32,000 nucleotides of DNA from Candidatus Nanobsidianus stetteri (GTDB lineage Archaea; Nanobdellota; Nanobdellia; Nanobdellales; Nanobdellaceae). Below the pieces are notes generated by a model, which was not told the DNA's origin, made no database searches, and was given only the letters and a program-made list of their open reading frames with translations. Numbering within the stretch: the first letter of the stretch is position 1; each line of letters starts with the position of its first letter. The position numbers and the translations under genes were made by a program. The stretch covers positions 30,001 through 62,000 of the forward strand of contig APJZ01000001.1 of assembly GCA_000387965.1 (NCBI GenBank), read 5' to 3'. Shown here in pieces: positions 8,777 through 17,659 of this stretch.

Positions 8777-10264
8777 ATGAAAACATCTTTAGCACCAGTA
8801 GCATTATTTGTAGGAGTAATAATTTTAGTTCTCTTTGGTATATTTTACTTAAATTCTCAGATTCAACTTGCAACTCAATCTTTAAAATATTTAAGTGAAG
8901 ATTATATTGCATATCAGGGATTTTTATATATATTGTTTGTTTATATTCCATTTGATATTAGGTATAATTTATTAAATAATCTTTTTACAAATATTTTTTC
9001 AGGATCTACATATAATATAAATTATGTATTTGGAAATAATGTTCCAAATTATTATTCTCAATGCGAAATTCCTTTTTTATTTAATCTAACAAATATAGAA
9101 AATAACGGAAATAATTATAATGTAATTTATTCATTATGTGTTCCAGTAATTCCTTTAAATAATGTAAATAATTATCAAAATATAGAAAATATATTTTTTA
9201 ATATTGGAAGTACCGTAAAAAAAGATTTAAATCAAGAAATTGAATATTTAAATGGAAATTTAAATTTTAAACATGCAAATTTCTCATATCAGGATTTTTA
9301 TTATGATGGTTCTAATAATTTTATATTAGCAAATCCCCAATATTCTTTCTTTGTATTAAATAAATATGAAAGAAATTTATTTTTTCCACAATTAAATAAT
9401 CAAATAGATTATTCAATATATCCCTTTTTATTATATTATAATGAATTAATCGATTATCTATATAATCAAACATTTCAGTTTATATATTATAATTTAACAA
9501 ATCAATCGGATTATATATATTTATATCAAAATGCATATTCTGAAGAGACAATTGGAGACAATTTATATTTAAATTTTTCATTTAATAATCCATATTATTA
9601 TGTTCTAGATCTATATACATCTCAACTTTTACCAGTAGAATATCCAAACATTACAAATGTAACAATTGCAATACCATGTGAATCGGTAGGACAAATTGTA
9701 AATAATCAATGTATAGTAAATAATATATATAGTGAATATATGCAAGAATGTTTAAATAATACAAGTGCTATTTTATCCAAGTTAAATTATCAAGTATTAA
9801 ATAAAATCAATATATTCAATGGATATTGGTATAATATAACTGGTGTAAATATTATCAATGAAAAAAATGTAGAAGTTGATAAAAATTTTGTGGAAAATAT
9901 TTTAGAAAATTATACATATTATACTGACGGATACTATCCGGCTTTAATACCTGTAGATATTCAGATAAATTATAATAATGTAAGTTGCTCTATAAATAAT
10001 GAAACATTACAATTTGGTCCTTATACAGATTCTTTTGATTGTTCATTATCATTAGTAATTATTAATTCATTAAGTTCATGTATAGTTGAATCCGAATGTT
10101 ATAATAATAATGGAAATTATTATTTTAATGCTACATGTAACATTTCAGAAGCATATGTAAATAATCAATTTACATACAATTATTATTTATATGAATTTGT
10201 AAAAATAAATGATGAAACAATGAATAATTATTGTGATAATTCATATTGTTATATAATAGGATAG
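8777..10264 (+). CDS. Operon gene 9: large orphan N-terminally anchored surface protein with a Cys-rich C-terminal region
   Basis: 495 aa. The N-terminus is MKTSLA-PVALFVGVIILVLFGIFYL. It has 12 Cys, seven of them in the last ~110 residues, and many sequons. The ORF ends at TAG 10262-10264 and overlaps the convergent taw3 gene by 24 nt. Confidence 0.7.
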   Translation: MKTSLAPVALFVGVIILVLFGIFYLNSQIQLATQSLKYLSEDYIAYQGFLYILFVYIPFDIRYNLLNNLFTNIFSGSTYNINYVFGNNVPNYYSQCEIPFLFNLTNIENNGNNYNVIYSLCVPVIPLNNVNNYQNIENIFFNIGSTVKKDLNQEIEYLNGNLNFKHANFSYQDFYYDGSNNFILANPQYSFFVLNKYERNLFFPQLNNQIDYSIYPFLLYYNELIDYLYNQTFQFIYYNLTNQSDYIYLYQNAYSEETIGDNLYLNFSFNNPYYYVLDLYTSQLLPVEYPNITNVTIAIPCESVGQIVNNQCIVNNIYSEYMQECLNNTSAILSKLNYQVLNKINIFNGYWYNITGVNIINEKNVEVDKNFVENILENYTYYTDGYYPALIPVDIQINYNNVSCSINNETLQFGPYTDSFDCSLSLVIINSLSSCIVESECYNNNGNYYFNATCNISEAYVNNQFTYNYYLYEFVKINDETMNNYCDNSYCYIIG

Positions 10265-10837
10265 AAGATTTTTATAAAATATATTTATTCTTTTCCTTAC
10301 ATTCTTTAATTTCTCATTTGCCTCTTTTACTAAATTATAAAAATATTCTTTACTTACCAATAATTTTTTATTTTTTGATACAATTGTTTCAATTTTTTCA
10401 TTTCCAACAATTTCAACCATTACTCTTTTATTATTTATCAAAAATATTCCGGAATGTTTAAATCCAGATTTTCTTGCAATATTTAATAGTTCATATGCCC
10501 TTTCTATATTTTTTGAAGATACATGCAAAATAAATGGTTCTTGTTTAAAGTATATTTTCTCATCATAATTTTTATATACTTCTAATAATTTATTCCATAT
10601 ATAATAAAAATTTACATAATAATGAGATTTAAATAAAAATTCTGCCTCAAATTTTTTCCCACTTTTTGGTATTTTTAATAAAATTATTCTACCTGCACAT
10701 GAAGATGTTGTAAAAAAGAAATCTAATGAATTAATAAAATCTATAATATAATATATGGGTTGATCTGCTAAATATTTTTCCTTAGCTTCCTCAAGTTTTT
10801 TCATATGATATATTTTTAATTTATTAAATTCATCCAT
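10241..10837 (-). CDS. taw3: tRNA wyosine-derivative methyltransferase Taw3 (TYW3 family)
   Basis: 198 aa with the family signature TTSSCAGRI (the SSCxGRI motif) and the typical ~200-aa length. The true start could be M12 (MKKLEEAKEKYL). Confidence 0.8.
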   Translation of the reverse strand: MDEFNKLKIYHMKKLEEAKEKYLADQPIYYIIDFINSLDFFFTTSSCAGRIILLKIPKSGKKFEAEFLFKSHYYVNFYYIWNKLLEVYKNYDEKIYFKQEPFILHVSSKNIERAYELLNIARKSGFKHSGIFLINNKRVMVEIVGNEKIETIVSKNKKLLVSKEYFYNLVKEANEKLKNVRKRINIFYKNLLSYYITI

Positions 10838-10842
10838 ATATT

Positions 10843-11316
10843 ATGGATAGAGAAAAGATAATATTAAATATATTATTTCTAGTATTTTCTATACCAGTAA
10901 TTTATTTAATATATTATTCATATTCAACATATTTCGTTGGAAATAAGATGGTAAATCCTGAAAATATATATAATTTATATATATCAAATTTTAGTGTAAA
11001 TGGAAATTATTTTTCCTTTAATGTAAATAATCCAAATAACTATTCTGTAGAAATATATTTCTCATATTTGGGGTTAAAAAATTCATATCAAACATCATCA
11101 ATAATAACTTCCGGAAATTTTTTGCAAAATATATATATAATACAACCAGAAAGTCATATTACATTGCAATATAATTTTGAATTGGATGATCAAACAAGAT
11201 TAACAATTCTTCAATGGGAAAAACTCGGCGGAATTTTATATTTAACATTATATTATTCATCTGTAGAAAATAATTCTATTAGCGGAATAATAAATTATCA
11301 AGTAGAAAAAAGTTAG
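10843..11316 (+). CDS. N-terminally anchored small beta-sandwich protein, tentatively LEA_2/WHy-like
   Basis: 157 aa. The N-terminal TM segment is ILNILFLVFSIPVIYLIYY. The following segment ...FSVNGNYFSFNVNNPNNYSVEI... resembles the NPN-containing strand pattern of LEA_2/WHy domains (from memory). The start lies 5 nt from the annotated divergent taw3 start. Confidence 0.6.
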   Translation: MDREKIILNILFLVFSIPVIYLIYYSYSTYFVGNKMVNPENIYNLYISNFSVNGNYFSFNVNNPNNYSVEIYFSYLGLKNSYQTSSIITSGNFLQNIYIIQPESHITLQYNFELDDQTRLTILQWEKLGGILYLTLYYSSVENNSISGIINYQVEKS

Positions 11317-12500
11317 ACTTTATCAAGATCGCTTATTGTATATATCTTTACCTTATTACTACTTTTTTGTATACTATCTATACATAAAATATATTTTATG
11401 TTTGTACTTTTTTCTATTAATTCCAATAATTCCCTTGTTAATATACCATCCATTACTAAATATGCCAAATTATTATGTTTCAGTATTATTTCTCCCAATT
11501 TATCTACAGGTACTTTATTTAATATATTAAAGTTCTCATCCAATAATAAAGCCTGATCAGTTTTAAATACATCATTCATATATGATTTCAATTTTTGTAA
11601 TATTGGATCTTTTATTTTCTTTTCGTTTCTAATATTTTTTATATCTTCAGTAGTTCCTTCCAATTTTTCATAATAAGCTCTAACTTGATCAAATGATATT
11701 TTATTCTTTAATGCCTTTAATATTTCTTTTCCAGATAATTCTTCAACTTCTCTTCCAGGTTCTGGTTTTGCTACAAAATCAATATCAACACCACTTAACA
11801 TACATTCTTTTACCAATAAATCTCCACCTCTATCGCCATCGAAGAATGTTGTTATGATTTTTTTCTTTGATAAATCAACTATTGTTTTTGGTACATTTAA
11901 TCCATTTAATGCTATTACATTTGTAATTCCATATCTTAATAAATTTAGAACATCTGCTCTTCCCTCTACTAATATTATTTCTTCAGATTTATCTACATCA
12001 GGCCCTGCAGGCAATTTTTCTGGTCCATATTCAATTAGTGATTTCATATTATTTGAATATTCTAAATATAATAGTAATTCTTTTGGATCTGGTAATTCCT
12101 CATTTATTAATTTTGCCAATAATTCTCTAGCTCTCTCTAATATTTGTTGTACTTTTGTTTTTCTTATATCCTCTATTTTTTGTACCTTTATTGTTGCATG
12201 TGTTGGTCCAATTCTTGTCACAGTTTCTAATGTTGCAGCTATTAATGCAGTTTCAAATCTATTTAAACTTGTTGGTATCCTAATTTCCCCAATTGTTTTA
12301 TCATTTTCTACCTTAAGATCTACATCTATTCTTCCAACTTTTCCAGATCTCTGTAATTCCCTTAAATCCATTTCAGATCCTAATAAACCTTCTGTTTGCC
12401 CAAATATTGCTCCTATTACATCTGGTTTCTCAACTACTCCATCAATATATACTGACGCATGTATCATATATTTTATGTAAGGAGGTGAACTCTTTGCCAT
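11313..12500 (-). CDS. dnaG: Archaeal DnaG-type primase / exosome-associated Toprim protein
   Basis: 395 aa. The N-terminus matches the conserved archaeal DnaG pattern (IHASVYIDGVVEKPDVIGAIFGQTEGLLG...LRELQRSGKVGRI). The Toprim region reads IILVEGRADVLNLL...FFDGDRGGDLL. Confidence 0.9.
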   Translation of the reverse strand: MAKSSPPYIKYMIHASVYIDGVVEKPDVIGAIFGQTEGLLGSEMDLRELQRSGKVGRIDVDLKVENDKTIGEIRIPTSLNRFETALIAATLETVTRIGPTHATIKVQKIEDIRKTKVQQILERARELLAKLINEELPDPKELLLYLEYSNNMKSLIEYGPEKLPAGPDVDKSEEIILVEGRADVLNLLRYGITNVIALNGLNVPKTIVDLSKKKIITTFFDGDRGGDLLVKECMLSGVDIDFVAKPEPGREVEELSGKEILKALKNKISFDQVRAYYEKLEGTTEDIKNIRNEKKIKDPILQKLKSYMNDVFKTDQALLLDENFNILNKVPVDKLGEIILKHNNLAYLVMDGILTRELLELIEKSTNIKYILCIDSIQKSSNKVKIYTISDLDKV

Positions 12501-12596
12501 TATTAAATATTTTTAGGAAAGGTATTTAACTATTAAAATTTTTATACTCTAAGGTGGTATAATAATACTATAAAAAATGAAAATAAAAATTATTAT

Positions 12597-13715
12597 ATGA
12601 CATCATCAGAAAAAATAACAATAAGTGTTTTAAAAGCCGATATAGGAAGTTTAGTTGGAAATTCAACAATTCCAGAAATATTTGAAGAAACAGCTTCAGA
12701 TATATTAGATAGATATAAGGGAGAAAAAATATTTGATTATTTTGTATCACATGTAGGGGATGATTTGAATTTAATATTATTACATAATAAAGGGGAAAAT
12801 AATAGAGAAATACATGAAATTGCATTTGAAATATTTAAGAAAAATTCTGAAATTGCAAAAGAGATGAATTTATATGGTGCTGGTGGTGATTTAATAAAAA
12901 AGGAATTTACAGGTTCATTAATTGGAATGGGGCCTGGAGTTGCAGAAATGGAATTTACATTAAGATCGCCAGAATCAATAATTGTATTTGCTGCAGATAA
13001 AACGGAATCTGGAGCATTTAATTATCCTTTATTTCAAATGTTTGCAAATCCATTCAATACACCAGGTTTAGTAATTGATCCAGACATGAGACCTGGATTT
13101 AGATTTGAAGTATGGGATTTATATAATCATAAAAGAATATATCTAAATTCTCCAGAAGAAATTTATGATCTATTATTATTAGTTGGAACATCCGAAAGGT
13201 TTGCTATAAAAAGAGTATATCCTAGATCAGATAAATATCCAAAAGATGAACCTGTTGCAGTCTCTTCTACAGAAAGATTATATGAGGAAGCTGGTAAATA
13301 TGCTGGAAAGGATGATCCAGTAATGATTGTAAGGGCACAAAAAGGATTTCCTGCAGTGGGAGAAATATTGGAAGCTTTTTCATTTCCATATATGGTAAAT
13401 GGATGGATGAGGGGATCATATTGGGGTCCTTTATTACCTGTAAGTTTAAAAAATGCAAGAGCTACAAGGTTTGATGGACCTCCAAGGGTAATTGCATTGG
13501 GATTTCAGGTAAAAAAAGATAAATTATATGGACCAGAAGATATGTTTGATGATCCAGCATTTGATTATACAAGAAATAAAGCATTGGAGATTGCAGATTA
13601 TATTAGAAGACATGGCCCATTTGAACCGCATAGAGTATCTTATGAAGATTTACTAACAACTACAGCAAAACCCATATTAGATAAACTAATTCAAAGATTC
13701 GAAGATATAAAATAG
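12597..13715 (+). CDS. fbp: Bifunctional fructose-1,6-bisphosphate aldolase/phosphatase (class V FBPase)
   Basis: 372 aa. Diagnostic segments are ISVLKADIGS, GDDLNLILLHNKG, GAGGDL, FAADKTESGAFN and MVNGWMRGSYWGPLLPV. Confidence 0.95.
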   Translation: MTSSEKITISVLKADIGSLVGNSTIPEIFEETASDILDRYKGEKIFDYFVSHVGDDLNLILLHNKGENNREIHEIAFEIFKKNSEIAKEMNLYGAGGDLIKKEFTGSLIGMGPGVAEMEFTLRSPESIIVFAADKTESGAFNYPLFQMFANPFNTPGLVIDPDMRPGFRFEVWDLYNHKRIYLNSPEEIYDLLLLVGTSERFAIKRVYPRSDKYPKDEPVAVSSTERLYEEAGKYAGKDDPVMIVRAQKGFPAVGEILEAFSFPYMVNGWMRGSYWGPLLPVSLKNARATRFDGPPRVIALGFQVKKDKLYGPEDMFDDPAFDYTRNKALEIADYIRRHGPFEPHRVSYEDLLTTTAKPILDKLIQRFEDIK

Positions 13716-13758
13716 GGAGGGCTATCATTTTTAAATATATTTTTTTTAACAATAATAA

Positions 13759-14067
13759 ATGGGTCTTGAATATATATATGCAGTATGGTTACTACATGAA
13801 GCTAAAAAGGAAATAAATGCAGATAATATAAAAAAGGTATTGACATCAGTAGGAATAGAACCAAACGATGCAATGGTAAATGCTGTATTAGCAAGTTTAC
13901 AGGGAGTTGATTTGGATAAAATAAAGGAAGAATCATTATCTGTTGCTCCAGCACAGGTTGCTCCACAACAAGTAGAACAAAAGAAGGAAGAAAAACAAGA
14001 GAAGAAGGAAGAAGAAAAGAAGGAAGAGCAGGCATTAGAAGGTTTATCATCACTCTTCGGTTTCTAA
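13759..14067 (+). CDS. rpl12: Ribosomal stalk protein P1 (archaeal L12)
   Basis: 102 aa. The N-terminus is MEYIYA-type (MGLEYIYAVWLLHEA), followed by a K/E-rich hinge and the conserved stalk C-terminus EGLSSLFGF. Confidence 0.9.
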   Translation: MGLEYIYAVWLLHEAKKEINADNIKKVLTSVGIEPNDAMVNAVLASLQGVDLDKIKEESLSVAPAQVAPQQVEQKKEEKQEKKEEEKKEEQALEGLSSLFGF

Positions 14068-14102
14068 AATTTATAAATTTTTATATATAATTTAATTTTA
14101 AG

Positions 14103-14963
14103 GTGACGGATTCTGATAAGATTTATAGAGGTATTATCTTAACAAAAAAAGAATTAATTAAGCTAGGAGAAGAAAAAGAAAGTTTATACTCTAGAAAGAG
14201 GGTTTTATATAAGGAAAGAAAAGAATTATTGGAAAAATTAAAGGAATTGAGGAGTAAGAAAGAGGAATATAGTAAGATATTGGATAACTTAATGAATGAG
14301 AGACAAAAGACGTTGGAGAAGTTAGAAGAATTAAAGAAAAAGTTGGATGAAATAAAGCAAGCAAGAAAAGACATATTTAAGAATAAAGATATTGCAAAAG
14401 ATATAAATAAATATAAAAAAGAATTGGAAACATTGGAATATGTTTTACAGACAGAAGTTTTATCATATTCTCAAGAAAAAAAGATTTGGAATAGAATAAA
14501 ATATTTAAGAAAACTTTTGGGTAAATATGAGGAAATATCTTCTGTTTTACAAGAAATTGATAAATTAAGAGAAGAATATAATGCTTATAGATCTAAATTA
14601 TCAATAATAGGTCAAAATATTAGAAAAAATATTGATGAAAGAAAGATTGTAAAAGAACAAATAAAACAGATAAAAGAAAAATTAACACAGATAATGGATG
14701 AATACAATAAACTTAAGGAACAAATAAAACAAATAAAGGATAAAATAAGGGAGCTTGAGGATAAATTATATGAAGATTTACAAAGATATATAAGTCAAAG
14801 ATTACAAAAACAAGCAGTTGAGATATCTGAAGAAGAAAAGAATAAGATAATTGAAGAATATTCAAAGATACAACAAAAAATTATGAATGGTTCTGAACTC
14901 TCAATGGATGAAATATTGGTAATGCAGAAATATGAATTATTAAAGAAAAAGGGTGCAATCTAA
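14103..14963 (+). CDS. Coiled-coil protein (archaeal COG1340-like, tentative)
   Basis: 286 aa, K/E/L-rich with heptad character throughout, and an internal duplication (EQIKQIKEKL / EQIKQIKDKI). GTG at 14103 is the only start candidate after the in-frame stop at 14088. A TATA-like element lies at 14069-14090. Confidence 0.7.
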   Translation: MTDSDKIYRGIILTKKELIKLGEEKESLYSRKRVLYKERKELLEKLKELRSKKEEYSKILDNLMNERQKTLEKLEELKKKLDEIKQARKDIFKNKDIAKDINKYKKELETLEYVLQTEVLSYSQEKKIWNRIKYLRKLLGKYEEISSVLQEIDKLREEYNAYRSKLSIIGQNIRKNIDERKIVKEQIKQIKEKLTQIMDEYNKLKEQIKQIKDKIRELEDKLYEDLQRYISQRLQKQAVEISEEEKNKIIEEYSKIQQKIMNGSELSMDEILVMQKYELLKKKGAI

Positions 14964-17559
14964 TTATGAAAAATTATATCCAAAGAGATCTTTAGAAAGT
15001 TTAGGTCTATTTAGAAAAAAATGTAAAATTTGTGGTAGATATTTTTGGACTCTTGATAAAAATAGAGAAATATGTGGAGATCACGAAAATTATGGTTTTA
15101 TAAATAATCCCGTTGGAAAAAAATTAAAATATAGAGAAGTATGGGAAAGTTTTTCAAAATATTTAAATAAAAGAGGATATGCAATAATAAATAGATATCC
15201 TGTTGTAGCTAGATGGAGGGATGATATAGATTTTGTAATTGCATCAATTGCAGATTTTCAACCATGGGTTGTAGAAGGATATACAGAACCGCCTTCAAAA
15301 AAATTAACAGTTCCACAATTTTGTTTAAGGTTTAATGATGTAAGAAATGTGGGATTGACTGGGAGACATTATACGGGTTTTGTAATGATTGGACAACATG
15401 CATTTGTAAAACCAGAAGAATATGATATAAATCAATATTTCTTAGATCTATATTATTGGTTTGAAGATAATAATTTTCCAATGAGTGAATTTATATTTCA
15501 TGAAGATAAATGGGAAGGTGGGGGAAATGGTGGTACATCAATTGAATTCTTTATAAGAGGTTTAGAGGTTGCAAATCAGGTATATATGCAATATAAAATT
15601 ATTAATAATGAATGGATAGAATTGGATAAATTAAAAGTTCTAGATATGGGAATGGGACAGGAAAGAGTTTCATGGATTACAAATGGTACAAATACATCGT
15701 ATGATATTGTATTTCCAAATACAATAAAATTTTTATTAGATAATATAAAATATGAAATTGATATAGATTTATTATCAAAGATTTCAATGTATTCTTCATT
15801 ATTTGATTTTGAAAAGAATGATATAAAATCTTTTGAGGAATTTTTAAAGGAAAAGGGAATAGATCCAAAGAATAATATTGAAATAATGAGGGCAATATAT
15901 TCAATTTCAGATCATATTAGATCATTATATATTGCAATATCTGATGGAGCATTACCTTCAAATATAGGTGGGAATTATAATTTAAGATTAATTGCAAGGA
16001 GAATGTTTTATTTTATTGATAAATATTTTGAAATAAATGATATAGAAGATTTTATAAGAAAATTATTAATAAAAATTTCTGAGGATTGGTATGAAGAAAA
16101 ATTAAAGGAAAATATAGATGAAATTGTTGATATATTAAAATATGAATATGAAAAATATTTGGAAGTAAAGAAAAATGCTCAAAAAATTTTAAATAATTTA
16201 AAAAATATTGATACAAAGAAAATATTTGAATTATATACATCATATGGAATTTCTTTAGAAATTATAGAAGATATAAATCCAAATATAAAAATAAATAGAG
16301 AGGAATTAAATAAATTAATTGAAGAACATAAGGAAAAATCTAAAAAAATAAAAAAAGAAGAAAAATTAAATTTAAAATTAAATTATCCAGAAACATATAA
16401 ATCATTTTATGAATCATGGAAAAAATATTATGATATTGGAAAATTAATTGGGGTAGAAGATGAATATTTAATATTTGATAGAACTGTATTTTATCCAACA
16501 AAAGGTGGTCAGGTAAATGATACTGGATATATATTTAATTTAGATGAAATAAAAAATTATTCAAGGGAGATCTTAAATAATTATGATTTTCCATATTATG
16601 TAAAAGAAATATTAAAAGATTATTTAAATGGTAATAAAATTGAAGGATTTGAAAATTATTTTGCAAAAGTTATTGATGTAATTGAATATGAAAAAATAAT
16701 ATTACATAAAATAGATAGAAAAATTAATTGGGATAAAAATTCAAATATTTTACAAATTATTGATAAAGATAAAAGATATAGAATATCTAGACATCATACT
16801 GCAACTCACTTATTAACATCTGTATTAAGAAAAATATATGGAAAACATATATGGCAAGCTGGTGCTGAAAAAGATGAATATGAAGGAAAATTAGATGTTA
16901 CTCATTATAAAATACCTTCATATAATGAAATAAAATTAATTGAAAAAGAATTAAATAAAATAATATTGGAAGGAAGAAAAATAAATAAATTTTATTTATT
17001 AAGGAATGAGGCTGAAGAAAGATACGGATTTATAATATATCAAGGAGGATTTATACCGGAAACAAAATTAAGAATTGTTGAAATAGAAAATACAGATGTT
17101 GAAGCATGTTCTGGAACACATTTAGATAATACTTTAGAAATTGGATTAGTAAAAATAAAAAGTGTAGAAAAAATTGCAGATGGGTTAATAAGATTTAGAT
17201 TTGTTGCTGGTGATAGAGTTATAGAAGAATTTGAAGATTATGAAGAAAAAATTTTAGATATAAAAAATAAATATAATATTGATATAAATAATTTAAATAA
17301 TTATATTGAGAAAATAAATAAGGAAAGGGATGAATATAATAAAAAATTAAATTTAATATTAGAAGAATATATTAAAAATAATATAAAGGATGGAAAATTA
17401 TATTTAGAAACCAATTTATATATTTCTGATATAATAAAATATGTTTTGAAGTATAAAAATTTAATAAATGATATAAATTTAAAGTGTAAGGATGGAATAA
17501 TTAATTTAAAAGAAGGAGAAAAGAAAGTTGATAAATTTTATATAAAGAAAGTAAATTAA
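14953..17559 (+). CDS. alaS: Alanyl-tRNA synthetase (archaeal type, single contiguous gene)
   Basis: 868 aa. It has the archaeal N-terminal Zn-ribbon-like segment (KCKICGRYFWT...CGD), the catalytic core (WRDDIDFVIASIADFQPW, FHEDKWEGGGNGG, VLDMGMGQERV) and the editing-domain motifs HHTATHLL and EACSGTHL. The GTG start overlaps the upstream gene by 11 nt. Confidence 0.95.
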   Translation: MQSNYEKLYPKRSLESLGLFRKKCKICGRYFWTLDKNREICGDHENYGFINNPVGKKLKYREVWESFSKYLNKRGYAIINRYPVVARWRDDIDFVIASIADFQPWVVEGYTEPPSKKLTVPQFCLRFNDVRNVGLTGRHYTGFVMIGQHAFVKPEEYDINQYFLDLYYWFEDNNFPMSEFIFHEDKWEGGGNGGTSIEFFIRGLEVANQVYMQYKIINNEWIELDKLKVLDMGMGQERVSWITNGTNTSYDIVFPNTIKFLLDNIKYEIDIDLLSKISMYSSLFDFEKNDIKSFEEFLKEKGIDPKNNIEIMRAIYSISDHIRSLYIAISDGALPSNIGGNYNLRLIARRMFYFIDKYFEINDIEDFIRKLLIKISEDWYEEKLKENIDEIVDILKYEYEKYLEVKKNAQKILNNLKNIDTKKIFELYTSYGISLEIIEDINPNIKINREELNKLIEEHKEKSKKIKKEEKLNLKLNYPETYKSFYESWKKYYDIGKLIGVEDEYLIFDRTVFYPTKGGQVNDTGYIFNLDEIKNYSREILNNYDFPYYVKEILKDYLNGNKIEGFENYFAKVIDVIEYEKIILHKIDRKINWDKNSNILQIIDKDKRYRISRHHTATHLLTSVLRKIYGKHIWQAGAEKDEYEGKLDVTHYKIPSYNEIKLIEKELNKIILEGRKINKFYLLRNEAEERYGFIIYQGGFIPETKLRIVEIENTDVEACSGTHLDNTLEIGLVKIKSVEKIADGLIRFRFVAGDRVIEEFEDYEEKILDIKNKYNIDINNLNNYIEKINKERDEYNKKLNLILEEYIKNNIKDGKLYLETNLYISDIIKYVLKYKNLINDINLKCKDGIINLKEGEKKVDKFYIKKVN

Positions 17560-17568
17560 TTTTTATAA

Positions 17569-17652
17569 GCGGCGGTGCCCGAGAGGTCAAAGGGGGTCGG
17601 TTTAGGTCCGATTGGATAAGATCCGCCAGGGGTTCAAATCCCCTCCGCCGCA
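17569..17652 (+). tRNA. tRNA-Leu (anticodon UAG), class II with a long variable arm, intronless, no encoded CCA
   Basis: Folded by hand. The acceptor stem is GCGGCGG/CCGCCGC plus discriminator A. The anticodon stem is GTCGG/CCGAT with loop TTTAGGT (U33, UAG, G37). The variable arm has a GGAT-AAG-ATCC stem-loop. The T arm is AGGGG-TTCAAAT-CCCCT. Confidence 0.9.
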
Positions 17653-17659
17653 TTTAAAA

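Noticed and set aside
3641-10264. The nine-gene operon as the structural module of an integrated archaeal virus, given its small hydrophobic capsid-like proteins and large glycosylated proteins.
   Set aside because: This is disfavoured but not excluded. There is no integrase, att repeat, ATPase, replication gene or compositional shift in the window, and the downstream flank is core genes. The upstream boundary lies outside the window, so this needs checking.
11854-12480. A 208-aa ORF on the + strand.
   Set aside because: It lies entirely antisense to the confidently identified dnaG gene. Its sequence is Ser/Phe/Ile-rich low complexity with no motif.
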